This document shows, one piece after another, positions 39,583-49,386 of a DNA stretch of 64,000 nucleotides (positions within the stretch are counted from its first letter, which is position 1; every line of letters starts with the position of its first letter). This DNA is from an uncultured Phycisphaerales bacterium. Its GTDB lineage: Bacteria; Planctomycetota; Phycisphaerae; Tepidisphaerales; Tepidisphaeraceae. Made by a program: the position numbers and the translations under genes. The notes beneath the pieces are model-generated. The model made no database searches, was not told the origin of the DNA, and saw only the letters and a list, made by a program, of their open reading frames with translations. The DNA lies in NCBI GenBank assembly GCA_963755915.1, contig CAVWLP010000002.1, forward strand, positions 544,001 to 608,000, in the 5' to 3' direction.

Positions 39583-41241
39583 ATGAAACGGCATTCTTTT
39601 CTTTTCGCCTTGCTGGCCGCGGCCTCGGCAACGCCTTCTTTTGCTGGTTCCACGCTTACGACGCTGGCATCGTTTAATGGGGCAAATGGAAACTTTCCGG
39701 TATCCGCCCCCATTCTTTCCGGAAACGCTCTTTATGGCACTACGCAGTTTGGTGGCGTTAATGGTAATGGAGCTGTCTACTCAGTCTCCACTACGGGCGG
39801 AACACCCGATGTGCTCGCCTCGTTTGGCAACAATAGCAGCGGGGGATGGAATCCGGGCGCAATAATACTATCTGGAAATAATTTGTATGGCACGGCCCCG
39901 TATGGTCCAAATGGTGCCGGTGAAGTATTCTCATTGCCCATTGGGGGAGGTACGCCGGCTGTACTCGCGTCCTTTAACGACACGAACGGATATGATCCGG
40001 TTGGACAGTTGTCGATTTCTGGCAACGCCCTATACGGCGCGACTGAATATGGAAGTGCGAATGGTTACGGTACGGTATTCTCTGTTCCCATAGCGGGTGG
40101 CACACCTAGCGTGCTGGCGACGTTCACGGGAACTAACAATAGGAACGATCCGGTAGGCGTCACGCTTTCAGGAAGCACTCTGTACGGGGCAACTTATTAT
40201 GGCGGCGCCAACAGTGATGGTTACTTATTTTCGGCGCCCGTTACCGGAGGTACTCCCGTTGTATTGGCGACGTTCGGCGGGACCAATGGGCGCATCCGAT
40301 GGCCGCGCCGATCGTGGTCGGCAACACACTCTATGGTACCACGTACGGCGGGGTGCAAACGGTGACGGCGAGGTTTACTCGGTTCCTATCTCCGGCGGGA
40401 CGCCTACCGTGTTGGCCTCGTTCATGCCACCACGGGATTCGATCCATTCGCTGGACTCGTTAGCAGGGGAAACATTTTGTACGGCACAACGGCAACTGGC
40501 GGAGCCAACGGATTCGGTACGGCGTTCTCCCTACCTTTAAGCGGAGGAATTCCCAGTACCTTGGCAAGCTTCAATGGCAGCAACGGAAGCTCGCCAGAAT
40601 CTGCTCTGGTCGTCTCGGGCAACGCCATTTACGGCACTACTGCGTCGGGTGGCGCCAACGGCGACGGCACGGTTTTTTCAATCAGCCTCAATTCGATAAT
40701 CTCACTATCCGCGTCCGCCCCAACCACGTTCGGCAACAGCTTGGGAACATTGACTATTACTGGCAACAACGGAAATTACACAACCGCCAGCGATTCATTT
40801 TCCTCGTCGTCGAGCGGCTATGTTCTGACATCAGCCTGGAACCCGACGACCGATACCGAGATATATGGCTTGAAAATCTCCGACTCGGTGGCGGCCAACC
40901 TCAATGCCGACCTGGCCGCGTTGGTCACCCAGATCGATGGTGGAAGCTACAGCGGTTATTCCGTCAGTGCTTCCACTGCTGATCCCGCCTCTGGTGATCT
41001 CACGAACATCACCCCCGGCGGATTCAATTTGTTTCTCACGATCACAGCTCCGACGCTCGGGGCCAGTTCGGACTACTTCGGCTTCGATTTAAGCCCGTTC
41101 AACGCCAATTCTGACGTGCTGACTGCCTCGGCGATCGCGGTCGTGCCCGAACCGGCGTCGTTATCCGTTCTGACCCTCTGCGGCCTCAGACTACTGGCGC
41201 GTCGGCGCCGGCAACCTGTCGGCAACTGCGTCCAAAGATAA
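39583..41241 (+). CDS. GloVer-repeat PEP-CTERM protein, copy 2 (frameshifted at about 40290-40440)
   Basis: Signal peptide, 7 LYGTT-type repeats, VPEPASLSVL...RRRR. Confidence 0.85.
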
Positions 41242-41284
41242 TGTCATGCTTTTAAGCCGGCGCGGCCGGAAGGCGGAATCAATA

Positions 41285-43051
41285 ATGAAACGGCAAGCTT
41301 TTCTTTTTGCGTTATTAGTCGCGGGCGCGGGCACGCCTGTTTTTGCCGGGTACACGCTTACCACGTTGGCGTCGATTAACGGTGGCAGCAATGGCTATGG
41401 CGTCGGCTTGACCCTCTCCGATAGCACCCTTTATGGCACAACGAATAGCGGTGGGGCCAACGGTTATGGCCAAGTCTTTTCGGTGCCGATCACCGGAGGC
41501 ACACCCACAATGCTCGCGTCATTCAGCGGCACCAATGGCGGAGGCCCCTCCGGCAGCCTGACGCTCTCCGGTGGCACCCTGTACGGTACAACGCAGTACG
41601 GCATCGGACCCAACGAGAACGAGTATGGCGAAGTATTTTCGGTGCCCGTTACTGGTGGTACGCCCACCGTACTTGCGTCGTTCAACGGCGGCCCCAACGG
41701 CTCGAGCCCCGCAGCCGGTGTGACCCTCTCTGGGGGCACCCTATACGGCACAACAGCAAACGGCGGGGCCAACGACAACGGCGAAGTGTTTTCGGTGCCT
41801 GTAACAGGTGGTACGCCCACTGTTCTTGCCTCGTTCAATTATGCCACTAACGGCCAAAACCCCCAAGCTGATCTGACGATCTCCGGCAGCACCGTGTATG
41901 GCACAACCGAGGGCAACGGACTGAATTCCTATGGCACAGTGTTTTCGGTGCCAGTTACCGGCGGAACACCCAGCGTGCTCACTTCGTTCAACGGGACGAA
42001 CGGCGCTTACTCCCAAGGCGGCTTACTTCTTTCCGGCAGCACATTGTACGGTACGACGCAATCAGGCGGGGACATTGACTATGGCGAAGTGTTCTCGGTG
42101 CCGGTCAACGGTGGCGGCGCCACTGTGCTCGCGTCGTTCAACGACAGCGACGGCGCGGCCCCCGAAGGCAACCTGATCCTCGCCGGCAACACTCTATACG
42201 GCACAACGCGGAGAGGCGGGACAAACGACGAGGGGGAGGTGTTTTCAGTGCCCGTCACAGGTGGAACGCCCACAGTCCTTTTGTCGTTCAACGGGACCAA
42301 CGGCAGCTATCCCCAAGCCGGCCTAACCCTCTCCGGCAGCACCCTATATGGCACAACCACCGGTGGTGGTGCCAACGGCGATGGCACCGTCTTCGAGCTT
42401 TCGCCTAGTGCTCCTCCATTTTCCCCGCCACAAACGAACAGCGGGACAATCTCATCTGGCGCCAATCAGAGTGTGACAGTCGGCAATGCCTCGACCCCCG
42501 GAACAGTTCAAGCCACCTTCGGCACCACTAGCGGAGGCTCACTCTCCGTAACGAGCGGTGTCGATACCGTGGCCGACCTTGAGAATTCAAACAATTCGTA
42601 TGGCGGCGTGCCAGTTACATTCGCACTTCCGGCCGACGGCTCAGTTGTCCAGATATGGGATCTCAACTACAGCGGAACCTTCGCTGGCCCGGTCCAGCTT
42701 GTCCTAGATTTCGACCCCACGGGCATGACCGCGTCGCAGGAAAACGCTCTCGCAATTTATCATTTCACAGGGGGTCAATGGGTGGACATTGGCGGGGTTC
42801 TCGATCTCAATGCCGACACTATCACGGTTGACACAAATAGCCTATCCCCCTTCGTGCTCGGCGTCCAATCCGTTCCTGAGCCGGCCAGTCTCTCACTGCT
42901 ATCTCTCGGCAGCGGAGCCATGTTGATGTGCCGACGACGGCGGATTACCTCCAAGGTACAATTTATTGACAACCGTCCCACCGGAGTGCCACCGATAGAT
43001 GGCCATCGGCGACGTTGCCTCGAAAATGCCCTTCCAATTTCGCTGGCCTAA
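41285..43051 (+). CDS. GloVer-repeat PEP-CTERM protein, copy 3
   Basis: Signal peptide, 7 repeats, a different spacer domain, VPEPASLSLL...RRRR. Confidence 0.88.
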   Translation: MKRQAFLFALLVAGAGTPVFAGYTLTTLASINGGSNGYGVGLTLSDSTLYGTTNSGGANGYGQVFSVPITGGTPTMLASFSGTNGGGPSGSLTLSGGTLYGTTQYGIGPNENEYGEVFSVPVTGGTPTVLASFNGGPNGSSPAAGVTLSGGTLYGTTANGGANDNGEVFSVPVTGGTPTVLASFNYATNGQNPQADLTISGSTVYGTTEGNGLNSYGTVFSVPVTGGTPSVLTSFNGTNGAYSQGGLLLSGSTLYGTTQSGGDIDYGEVFSVPVNGGGATVLASFNDSDGAAPEGNLILAGNTLYGTTRRGGTNDEGEVFSVPVTGGTPTVLLSFNGTNGSYPQAGLTLSGSTLYGTTTGGGANGDGTVFELSPSAPPFSPPQTNSGTISSGANQSVTVGNASTPGTVQATFGTTSGGSLSVTSGVDTVADLENSNNSYGGVPVTFALPADGSVVQIWDLNYSGTFAGPVQLVLDFDPTGMTASQENALAIYHFTGGQWVDIGGVLDLNADTITVDTNSLSPFVLGVQSVPEPASLSLLSLGSGAMLMCRRRRITSKVQFIDNRPTGVPPIDGHRRRCLENALPISLA

Positions 43052-43078
43052 CAGATTCATCCTACCGTCGAGGCAAAT

Positions 43079-44818
43079 ATGTCCACACTACCGAAGTCGA
43101 TGCTAGTCGGCTTGTCCCTGATTCTGCTCGTCCTCGTTCTTACGCCAAATTCCAAGGCACAAATGGTCTTAGACGGTGAACAGCTATGCAATCCGACCGT
43201 GCCGGAACTGACCGACATTGGACAACGGACTGTCATTTACAAACCCCAGATATTGCAAGGCAATTCAGATCCCGCCGCGGTGCTTTTCTTTACACCGTTC
43301 TTTGTATTTGAGAACAATAAGGATGGCTCTCTCAAGGTCGACGTATTTGAGCCCTCTGCTGAAAACAGGCCGTGGCAAGTGCGGCTGACTCTCCTCGTTT
43401 CACCCGACGATCTCCTATCAAGAATCGCTGCGAGTGTGCGTGCCGCGGCCGCGACGAGTTTGCCGCTCAAACCTTATCAATTTCTTTTGCCCCAAAACTT
43501 GGTTCCGGTCGAATTCACAAGTATCAGCATTGCTGAAGCCAACGGTAATGGCGATCCAGTTTCTACACCGTTATTTGCGAGTTTCACAAGCAATACGATA
43601 ACTGCTGGGCAGCCCCTTGAACTTTTCGCCGATTGTAAGACGGAGGCACAGGCGCGGGATTTGGCGCTGAAATTGAGGGAGAAAAAAGCACTCGCGCATT
43701 TTCGTGTGGACTATAGACTTTTTGCAACAATGACAGTTTCGCAGGCGTCCGTTGATGTTCACTCGATCTCTATAAAGAATACCGACGGCGTGCAAACGCT
43801 GTCCGGTGCCGGCCGCGCGTTCAAAGTGTCCGTAGACCCTGCGAATGGTCTCGCAGAAATCGGAAATAATGACATTATTTCCAGAGACCAGCAAATGAGT
43901 TTCGATGCGCAGGTTCGAAATCAGATCAGAGCCGATTACAAATTCGAAAGGGAGGAGGATAGACAATTTTTGATGGACCAACTGAACACGTTCATGGGTG
44001 AAGCCACTACACAGGCAAACATCAACCTTGAGGATGTGGGCAAAGCGATGAATCAGCTTTCCGCTTACAGTTTTTCTCCGTCCGATTTAAGTCCCGACAA
44101 AATCCAAAATCTCGCAATTGAGGCGAAGAATGCCATGCAGACCGAAGATCAAAGCAAGTTTTCATTTGCTGGTTCGGCATCGGCATCGTTCTGCGGCTTT
44201 GGCGGATCAGCTTCGGCCGGTTTTTCAAGGGACGATCTTAAAAAGCAGATGACGGACAAGGGTTGGACGTTCGGTGACGGCGGAGAAAAATACGTTCCAA
44301 AGTCTCTAAAAGTATATGTCGTCAACAAGAACGCGCTGGAATCCGTAAAGGACATCGATCTGAATGTTAAACAGGTTCAACGAACCCAACCACTCATTCA
44401 TGCCTTTGTTTCATCGGATCGCGGATTTGCACCTGGACAAGATATGGTCACGCTAAAGTCGGATGATCTAGAAGCCATGAAAGCCCAAATCGACACGCTA
44501 ACAAATGATGACGACCAATCAACTAAAGAAATGGTCGGCACGTGGGACATATATTTTGCCCAGTATTCAAGACACGACACTGTCAAGTTCTCTCAAGACG
44601 GAACATTTCTGATGCAAAAATGCACCGACACGAACAGGATGGTGAATCCATTGCACGGCACCTATACCGTCAAGAATGGACTTCTCAGGATCGAAGGAGG
44701 CGAAGACACATACGGTGCGGCATCCTATGTCCTGGACAAGGGCGGCGACCATTTCGCTGGCGTCAATGCGAATGGAACCACAATAGCGGCCGCAAGAACG
44801 AGAGCCGGCGATAACTGA
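43079..44818 (+). CDS. exported hypothetical protein
   Basis: Signal peptide ending SKA; 579-aa intact ORF; no family recognised. Confidence 0.7.
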   Translation: MSTLPKSMLVGLSLILLVLVLTPNSKAQMVLDGEQLCNPTVPELTDIGQRTVIYKPQILQGNSDPAAVLFFTPFFVFENNKDGSLKVDVFEPSAENRPWQVRLTLLVSPDDLLSRIAASVRAAAATSLPLKPYQFLLPQNLVPVEFTSISIAEANGNGDPVSTPLFASFTSNTITAGQPLELFADCKTEAQARDLALKLREKKALAHFRVDYRLFATMTVSQASVDVHSISIKNTDGVQTLSGAGRAFKVSVDPANGLAEIGNNDIISRDQQMSFDAQVRNQIRADYKFEREEDRQFLMDQLNTFMGEATTQANINLEDVGKAMNQLSAYSFSPSDLSPDKIQNLAIEAKNAMQTEDQSKFSFAGSASASFCGFGGSASAGFSRDDLKKQMTDKGWTFGDGGEKYVPKSLKVYVVNKNALESVKDIDLNVKQVQRTQPLIHAFVSSDRGFAPGQDMVTLKSDDLEAMKAQIDTLTNDDDQSTKEMVGTWDIYFAQYSRHDTVKFSQDGTFLMQKCTDTNRMVNPLHGTYTVKNGLLRIEGGEDTYGAASYVLDKGGDHFAGVNANGTTIAAARTRAGDN

Positions 44819-44829
44819 AAATCGAGGGC

Positions 44830-45693
44830 TTATGGCTTTCCTCGTCGCTTTTGTCGACGTTTGTCCGTTCTTGGCTCGCTCGTCACTCCGCGCCAAGGCT
44901 CACCGGACAATCGTTGGATCAGCGTCTTGAGCACAACATCCATCGCGCCATTGGCGTCGTAGTCGATGCCCGATGCCAGCAATGGCGCGATATCGTTGAG
45001 GAAGGCCGCATCCCTTCGCTTTTGGTGCAGATTCTTCTCAAACTGGGCTCGCGAAACAGTATGTTTCTCGTGCTCCATGTATTGCGCGAAGCATGCCACG
45101 AGCCGGTCTGGATTCACCAATTCACGTTCGATGCATAGCCAAAGATCGAAAAGGTCGCGGCCCTTTCGCCGTTGATACAAGGCCCGCAATTTGGTCCCGA
45201 GCAGTTCATCAAGTTCGTAGGTAATGACATCGGCACTGCCAGCGAACCATGGATTCTCTGCCGTGAGTCGGCGATGGCTGTAACCCAGGACCGTGAAATG
45301 TTCCCGCGTGTTGATTTCGATCTTCAGCCTCAGTGGGCGGACTGGCGGCACTTCGGACTCGAATCGATACATCAATGTTACTCCACCCCCAGCCCGTGAC
45401 CGCGTGGGTCGCCCGAGCCACGAATCGAGTTTGCCGCGAATCGCGTCCAGAAGCGGGCCGATGGGAGCAGCTTTGGTCTGAACCAGGTCGATGTCTTCTG
45501 AATATCGAACGGCCGGCTGAATGAACAATTTGTTCAGCGATGTGCCGCCGCGCAGGGCAATGCTGCCGGCGAGTCCCTCTTCCCCAAATAGCTCAATGAC
45601 TGCCCGTGTAAGCGCCAGATCCTGCTCAACCTGCGCATCATCGGCCCAAGGCGCAACCGCGCGCCACGCGGTGATACCAGCTTGAGGAATCAC
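44830..45693 (-). CDS. AbiEii-family nucleotidyltransferase toxin (type IV TA)
   Basis: QVEQDL, RGGTSLNK, RYSEDIDL, TKLRALYQRRKGRDLFD. Confidence 0.92.
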   Translation of the reverse strand: MIPQAGITAWRAVAPWADDAQVEQDLALTRAVIELFGEEGLAGSIALRGGTSLNKLFIQPAVRYSEDIDLVQTKAAPIGPLLDAIRGKLDSWLGRPTRSRAGGGVTLMYRFESEVPPVRPLRLKIEINTREHFTVLGYSHRRLTAENPWFAGSADVITYELDELLGTKLRALYQRRKGRDLFDLWLCIERELVNPDRLVACFAQYMEHEKHTVSRAQFEKNLHQKRRDAAFLNDIAPLLASGIDYDANGAMDVVLKTLIQRLSGEPWRGVTSEPRTDKRRQKRRGKP

Positions 45694-46484
45694 GCTTCAA
45701 CCTCAAGCGGCTCATCAACCAAGACGTGCCATCGTCGATCTTCCTTGACGCCATTCATGATACGGCCAAGTCGTAGCGCCACGGCTCCAGGTGATTGTCG
45801 CTCAATCCATCCGTGAAGAATATTGGCGAGCGGTCGCGCCTTGACATGATCGAGCAGATAGCCAAGCCGCTGCGCGCTGGGTACGTGGCCACTCAAACGT
45901 ATCGCTTCCAAGAGACGCTTCGGATGGATCAGGGGAGCCAGTTCAGCGATGACGGTTGCCACATGATCGAGTTGACCGGCGGCCTTGACGAAGCGTATCA
46001 AGTCCACGGCCGTTATCTCAGGCGTTGATACCCGCACCGACCCCGTTGGGGTCTTGATATTGATGGTGGGCGTCTGCGCCACACTTTTGCTTGCAAAGAA
46101 ACGAATGCGGGCGCGCGCTACCTTTAGGGGTCTGACCGACCTATCCGTGATGACCTGAAACTCCTGGGGCTGCTGATGGGAGGCCCCATGCAGCGCGGCG
46201 GCGCTGAGCAAACCGACGTAATACGGGAGTTTCATCGCACCCATCAGATTGTGGATGAACCACGACGGCGGTGGACCATCGGCGTTCCGATACTCCAACG
46301 GCACGAGTACATAGAAATAATCTTTAACCTTGAGCACCCGACGCCGCTTCACCAGCCTCTGTAGCGCCTTTTTGACGGCCTCCGCTGACAGCCCGCCGCT
46401 GGCAATTGCTTCGGCGCGAAGGAAGGTATAACGGCCGCGGGCCTGCAACGCGTCGATCCAGTTTTCCAGCGTCTTTGCTGCCAT
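45690..46484 (-). CDS. AbiEi-family antitoxin
   Basis: YYVGLLSAAALHGASHQQPQ, VSTPEITAVDL; GTGA-coupled to AbiEii. Confidence 0.9.
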   Translation of the reverse strand: MAAKTLENWIDALQARGRYTFLRAEAIASGGLSAEAVKKALQRLVKRRRVLKVKDYFYVLVPLEYRNADGPPPSWFIHNLMGAMKLPYYVGLLSAAALHGASHQQPQEFQVITDRSVRPLKVARARIRFFASKSVAQTPTINIKTPTGSVRVSTPEITAVDLIRFVKAAGQLDHVATVIAELAPLIHPKRLLEAIRLSGHVPSAQRLGYLLDHVKARPLANILHGWIERQSPGAVALRLGRIMNGVKEDRRWHVLVDEPLEVEA

Positions 46485-46501
46485 TGGTCGTATTCCGATC
46501 C

Positions 46502-46540
46502 GTCTGCATAAAGGGGTAGATAGTGTCCCTTTACGCAGAC
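46502..46540. promoter_or_regulatory. inverted repeat upstream of abiEi, candidate autoregulatory operator
   Basis: GTCTGCATAAAGGG-N11-CCCTTTACGCAGAC (13/14 paired); AbiEi proteins are known to bind inverted repeats in their own promoter. Confidence 0.6.
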
Positions 46541-46976
46541 TCTTCTATCCGGCAATAAAAAATAATCAACTTGCACCACAATTTGTCACTAACTGAAAGT
46601 CTTCGCACTTTCGCTATAGCGCGCAGTCGCGCATTTGAAACACTTCGCAAATGCGAATGCAGAGAGGGCCTCTGGGCCGGCCCTCTCCGCACCTCTCCTG
46701 GCCATGAAATCCGTTGAGTGTGCTGGCGGAAACAATAAGGATGGCGCCGAGAACATGGACTGGAAGGTAGGCCCGCTGTTGTTAATAGGCCGCAAGCGGC
46801 CAGAGGCAGCGGGCCTACGGCATGTCTAGCTCGACTCCGCTATCGAAACGCCACCGGCCGAATACGGCCTTGCCATGCTCGCCTCCTCACCCTGAGTACA
46901 GGGCTGCGGGTCTGCGCGTGGCATGGCGTTCGTCCGCTGCGCTCGCGTTCCCGTCGCCAGCCAGAGAGATCTCATG

Positions 46977-47022
46977 TTTTTGACCTCCCGGCGTGCTTCT
47001 TCCGAAGCCGGGAGGTCAAAAA
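46977..47022. repeat. perfect 16-bp inverted repeat upstream of the DUF932 gene
   Basis: TTTTTGACCTCCCGGC-N14-GCCGGGAGGTCAAAAA. Confidence 0.75.
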
Positions 47023-47089
47023 TATTGCGTGGGCTTTGGGGCCTACGCCTTCCCGGTTTGGAGTTTTCTTCCTTTTCGGGAGGTGCTTT

Positions 47090-48158
47090 GTGGCACACGA
47101 GATCGACCAGACAACGGGACGAGCGGCAGTATTCGTGACCGGCGAGCCTGCTTGGCATCGCTTGGGCACAGTGATCGAACAGGCGACCACCAGCGCCGAG
47201 GCTATCGGCCTCGCCGGGCTGGATTGGCGCGTCGAGCAATGGCCGGTCCGGGCTTTCGACCCGGACAACAACACCAGCAGAGGCGGGAATCCCCGACACG
47301 GTGGCGAATGTCCGCACCGACACCAAGGCGGTTTTGGGCGTGGTTGGGCGGCGCTATCGGGTGTTCCAGAACCGCGAAGCATTCGACTTCATGGATGCTT
47401 TGGTCGGAGATCGGCTCGCCATGTACGAGACGGCGGGCAGTCTCCATGGCGGAAAGCGGGTTTGGATGCTGGCCGGATTCCCAAGGAATACCGGGCAGGA
47501 TCGGACGACCTGATTAAGCCTTACGTCCTCTTGACCAACACGCACGATGGCAGCCAGGCGCTTCGGATGATTCCAACGACCGTGCGCGTGGTTTGTCAGA
47601 ACACGCTCAATCTGGCCATGCGGGAAGCGGGTATGGATGGATTGACCGTTTCCCATCATCCCCGGCTGGAGAGCCGGATTGCCGAGGCCCGCACCAAACT
47701 CGGGATCATCGCGGCCCGGTTCGACCAGTTTGATGAAGAACTTCATGCGATGCTCGCCAAAGACCTGAGCGTGACCGAGGCATCGGGTTACTTCCGGGGG
47801 TTGGCGAGGACCGATGTTCCCGGCGGATCGGATCGGCAGAAGAGGTCACGCGAGAAGGTTTTAGGCCAGATGCTTGCCAACTTCGATAACGAACGGAACA
47901 CGCTCCCCGGCATGAAGCATACGGCGTGGGGCGCGTACAACGCGGTCAGCGAATGGGCCGACCATCAGCGGAACTACCGGGGATTGAACCCGACTGAAAA
48001 GCTCAATCGACGGCTGGATTCAGTTTGGTTTGGCGCGTCCCACCAATTGAAGCAAGCCGCCTACTACGGCGCGTTGGAACTGGCGACCGGTGGCGAAGCC
48101 TCACCCGCGATGGACGAAGGCCCGCGAGGCAGCGGAGGATTTGCTTGGCGTCGTCTAA
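47090..48158 (+). CDS. DUF932/DUF945 family protein (frameshifts near 47285 and 47475; 3' end uncertain)
   Basis: GGAGG RBS; PAWHRLG, AGLDWRVE, QNREAFDF, YETAGSLHGGKRVW, TNTHDGS, TTVRVVCQNTL, TAWGAYNAVSEWADH. Confidence 0.85.
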
Positions 48159-48293
48159 ACCGACCCTTCCCCGAACCTGCCCCGGTTGTGTTTCGCCGGG
48201 GTGGGCTGGGGAGCGGTTGTCACGGTGACGCCGCATTCATCAAGCGGAGGCGAAGCCTACCGCGTGGCCATTTCAATCGAAAGGAGATTCATC

Positions 48294-48755
48294 ATGGCCA
48301 GCTACAACAAAGTGATCCTCATGGGTCATCTTACCCGCGATCCGCAGATCAAATATCTGCCGAGCGGGACGCCAGTGTGCGATATCGGTCTTGCCGTCAA
48401 CCGGGCGTGGAAAGACGCCAGCGGGAACGCGCAAGAGGAAGTCCTGTTTGTCGATTGCAGCGCCTTCGGCAAGCTCGGCGAGAACGTCAACGAGCATTTC
48501 CAGAAGGGACGCCCGATCCACATTGAGGGACGGCTCAAACTGGACCAGTGGGAACAGGACGGTCAGTACCGCAGCAAAATCCGGGTGATCGTCGAGCAGT
48601 TCCGATTCGTGGACCGCAAGACGGAAAGCGCCCGTCCCGCCAAGCGCAACGCGAGGACCAACAAACGCCGCAGCAACGGGAAGAGCGCTGTACCGGCGCA
48701 GGTTCCCGTGGTCCAAGGCGAATTGATTGGCGCTGGCGATGAGATTCCCATTTAG
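48294..48755 (+). CDS. ssb: single-stranded DNA-binding protein
   Basis: MASYNKVILMGHLTRDP...IEGRLKLDQWE; acidic tail DEIPI. Confidence 0.93.
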   Translation: MASYNKVILMGHLTRDPQIKYLPSGTPVCDIGLAVNRAWKDASGNAQEEVLFVDCSAFGKLGENVNEHFQKGRPIHIEGRLKLDQWEQDGQYRSKIRVIVEQFRFVDRKTESARPAKRNARTNKRRSNGKSAVPAQVPVVQGELIGAGDEIPI

Positions 48756-48767
48756 CCGAGGTGTCTC

Positions 48768-49118
48768 ATGCGCGAGCAATTGATCCAGACGGATCGGGTC
48801 TACTCCATACAGCGCACAGCGCAGGGCGTGGTTTGCACTGTCAATGGCAAACCGCTCCCCCTGCGGCTGGACTTGTGGAATCACAGCCCGACCGGATTTG
48901 AGTTCGGCTATGGCGGGTCTGGACCGGCGCAGTTGGCGTTGGCGATTCTCGCCGACTGCTGCGGGGATGAACTGGCGGTGACGTATCACCAAGCGTTCAA
49001 GTGGGCGGTCATCGCCCGCATTCCCGGTCCCGGCGGAAGTCTGACCGAAACGTTTGTGCGCGACGTGTTGGCCGAACTCCAAGCTAAGCGGGAATCGCAG
49101 CAGTACCGCAACAACTGA
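48768..49118 (+). CDS. DUF6166-like protein
   Basis: NHSPTGFEFGYGGSGPAQLALAILAD. Confidence 0.75.
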   Translation: MREQLIQTDRVYSIQRTAQGVVCTVNGKPLPLRLDLWNHSPTGFEFGYGGSGPAQLALAILADCCGDELAVTYHQAFKWAVIARIPGPGGSLTETFVRDVLAELQAKRESQQYRNN

Positions 49119-49131
49119 AACGGAGGCGCAA

Positions 49132-49344
49132 ATGAGTAGGCCCCGTGTCATCAAGAAGTGTGTCGCCAATCGTTATGCCGCTCCATGCGAGCGGATCGTC
49201 GAGTTTGTCGGCAGCGGCGGCAACGGCGGTCTTATCAGTCTGGTCCAACATGAGGACGGACGAATGACCGTGGACGTGTACCGCTATGGCCCTCGCGTTG
49301 AGGTCCGAGTCGGCGAGCCTGACGTATCAGCGAAAGGTAAATAA
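49132..49344 (+). CDS. small hypothetical protein
   Basis: GGAGG RBS; fills the gap in the operon. Confidence 0.6.
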   Translation: MSRPRVIKKCVANRYAAPCERIVEFVGSGGNGGLISLVQHEDGRMTVDVYRYGPRVEVRVGEPDVSAKGK

Positions 49345-49386
49345 GGCATTTAATTCATCCAACTTTACCGAAAGAGAGCGTTTCTT

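Noticed and set aside
37950-42400. CRISPR-like array
   Set aside because: The repeats are in-frame ~150-bp coding repeats with no unique spacers, and no cas genes are present.
47036-48526. 496-aa ORF read as an extended DUF932 protein overlapping ssb
   Set aside because: It arises from compensating frameshifts and read-through; ssb has its own RBS and start at 48294 in another frame.
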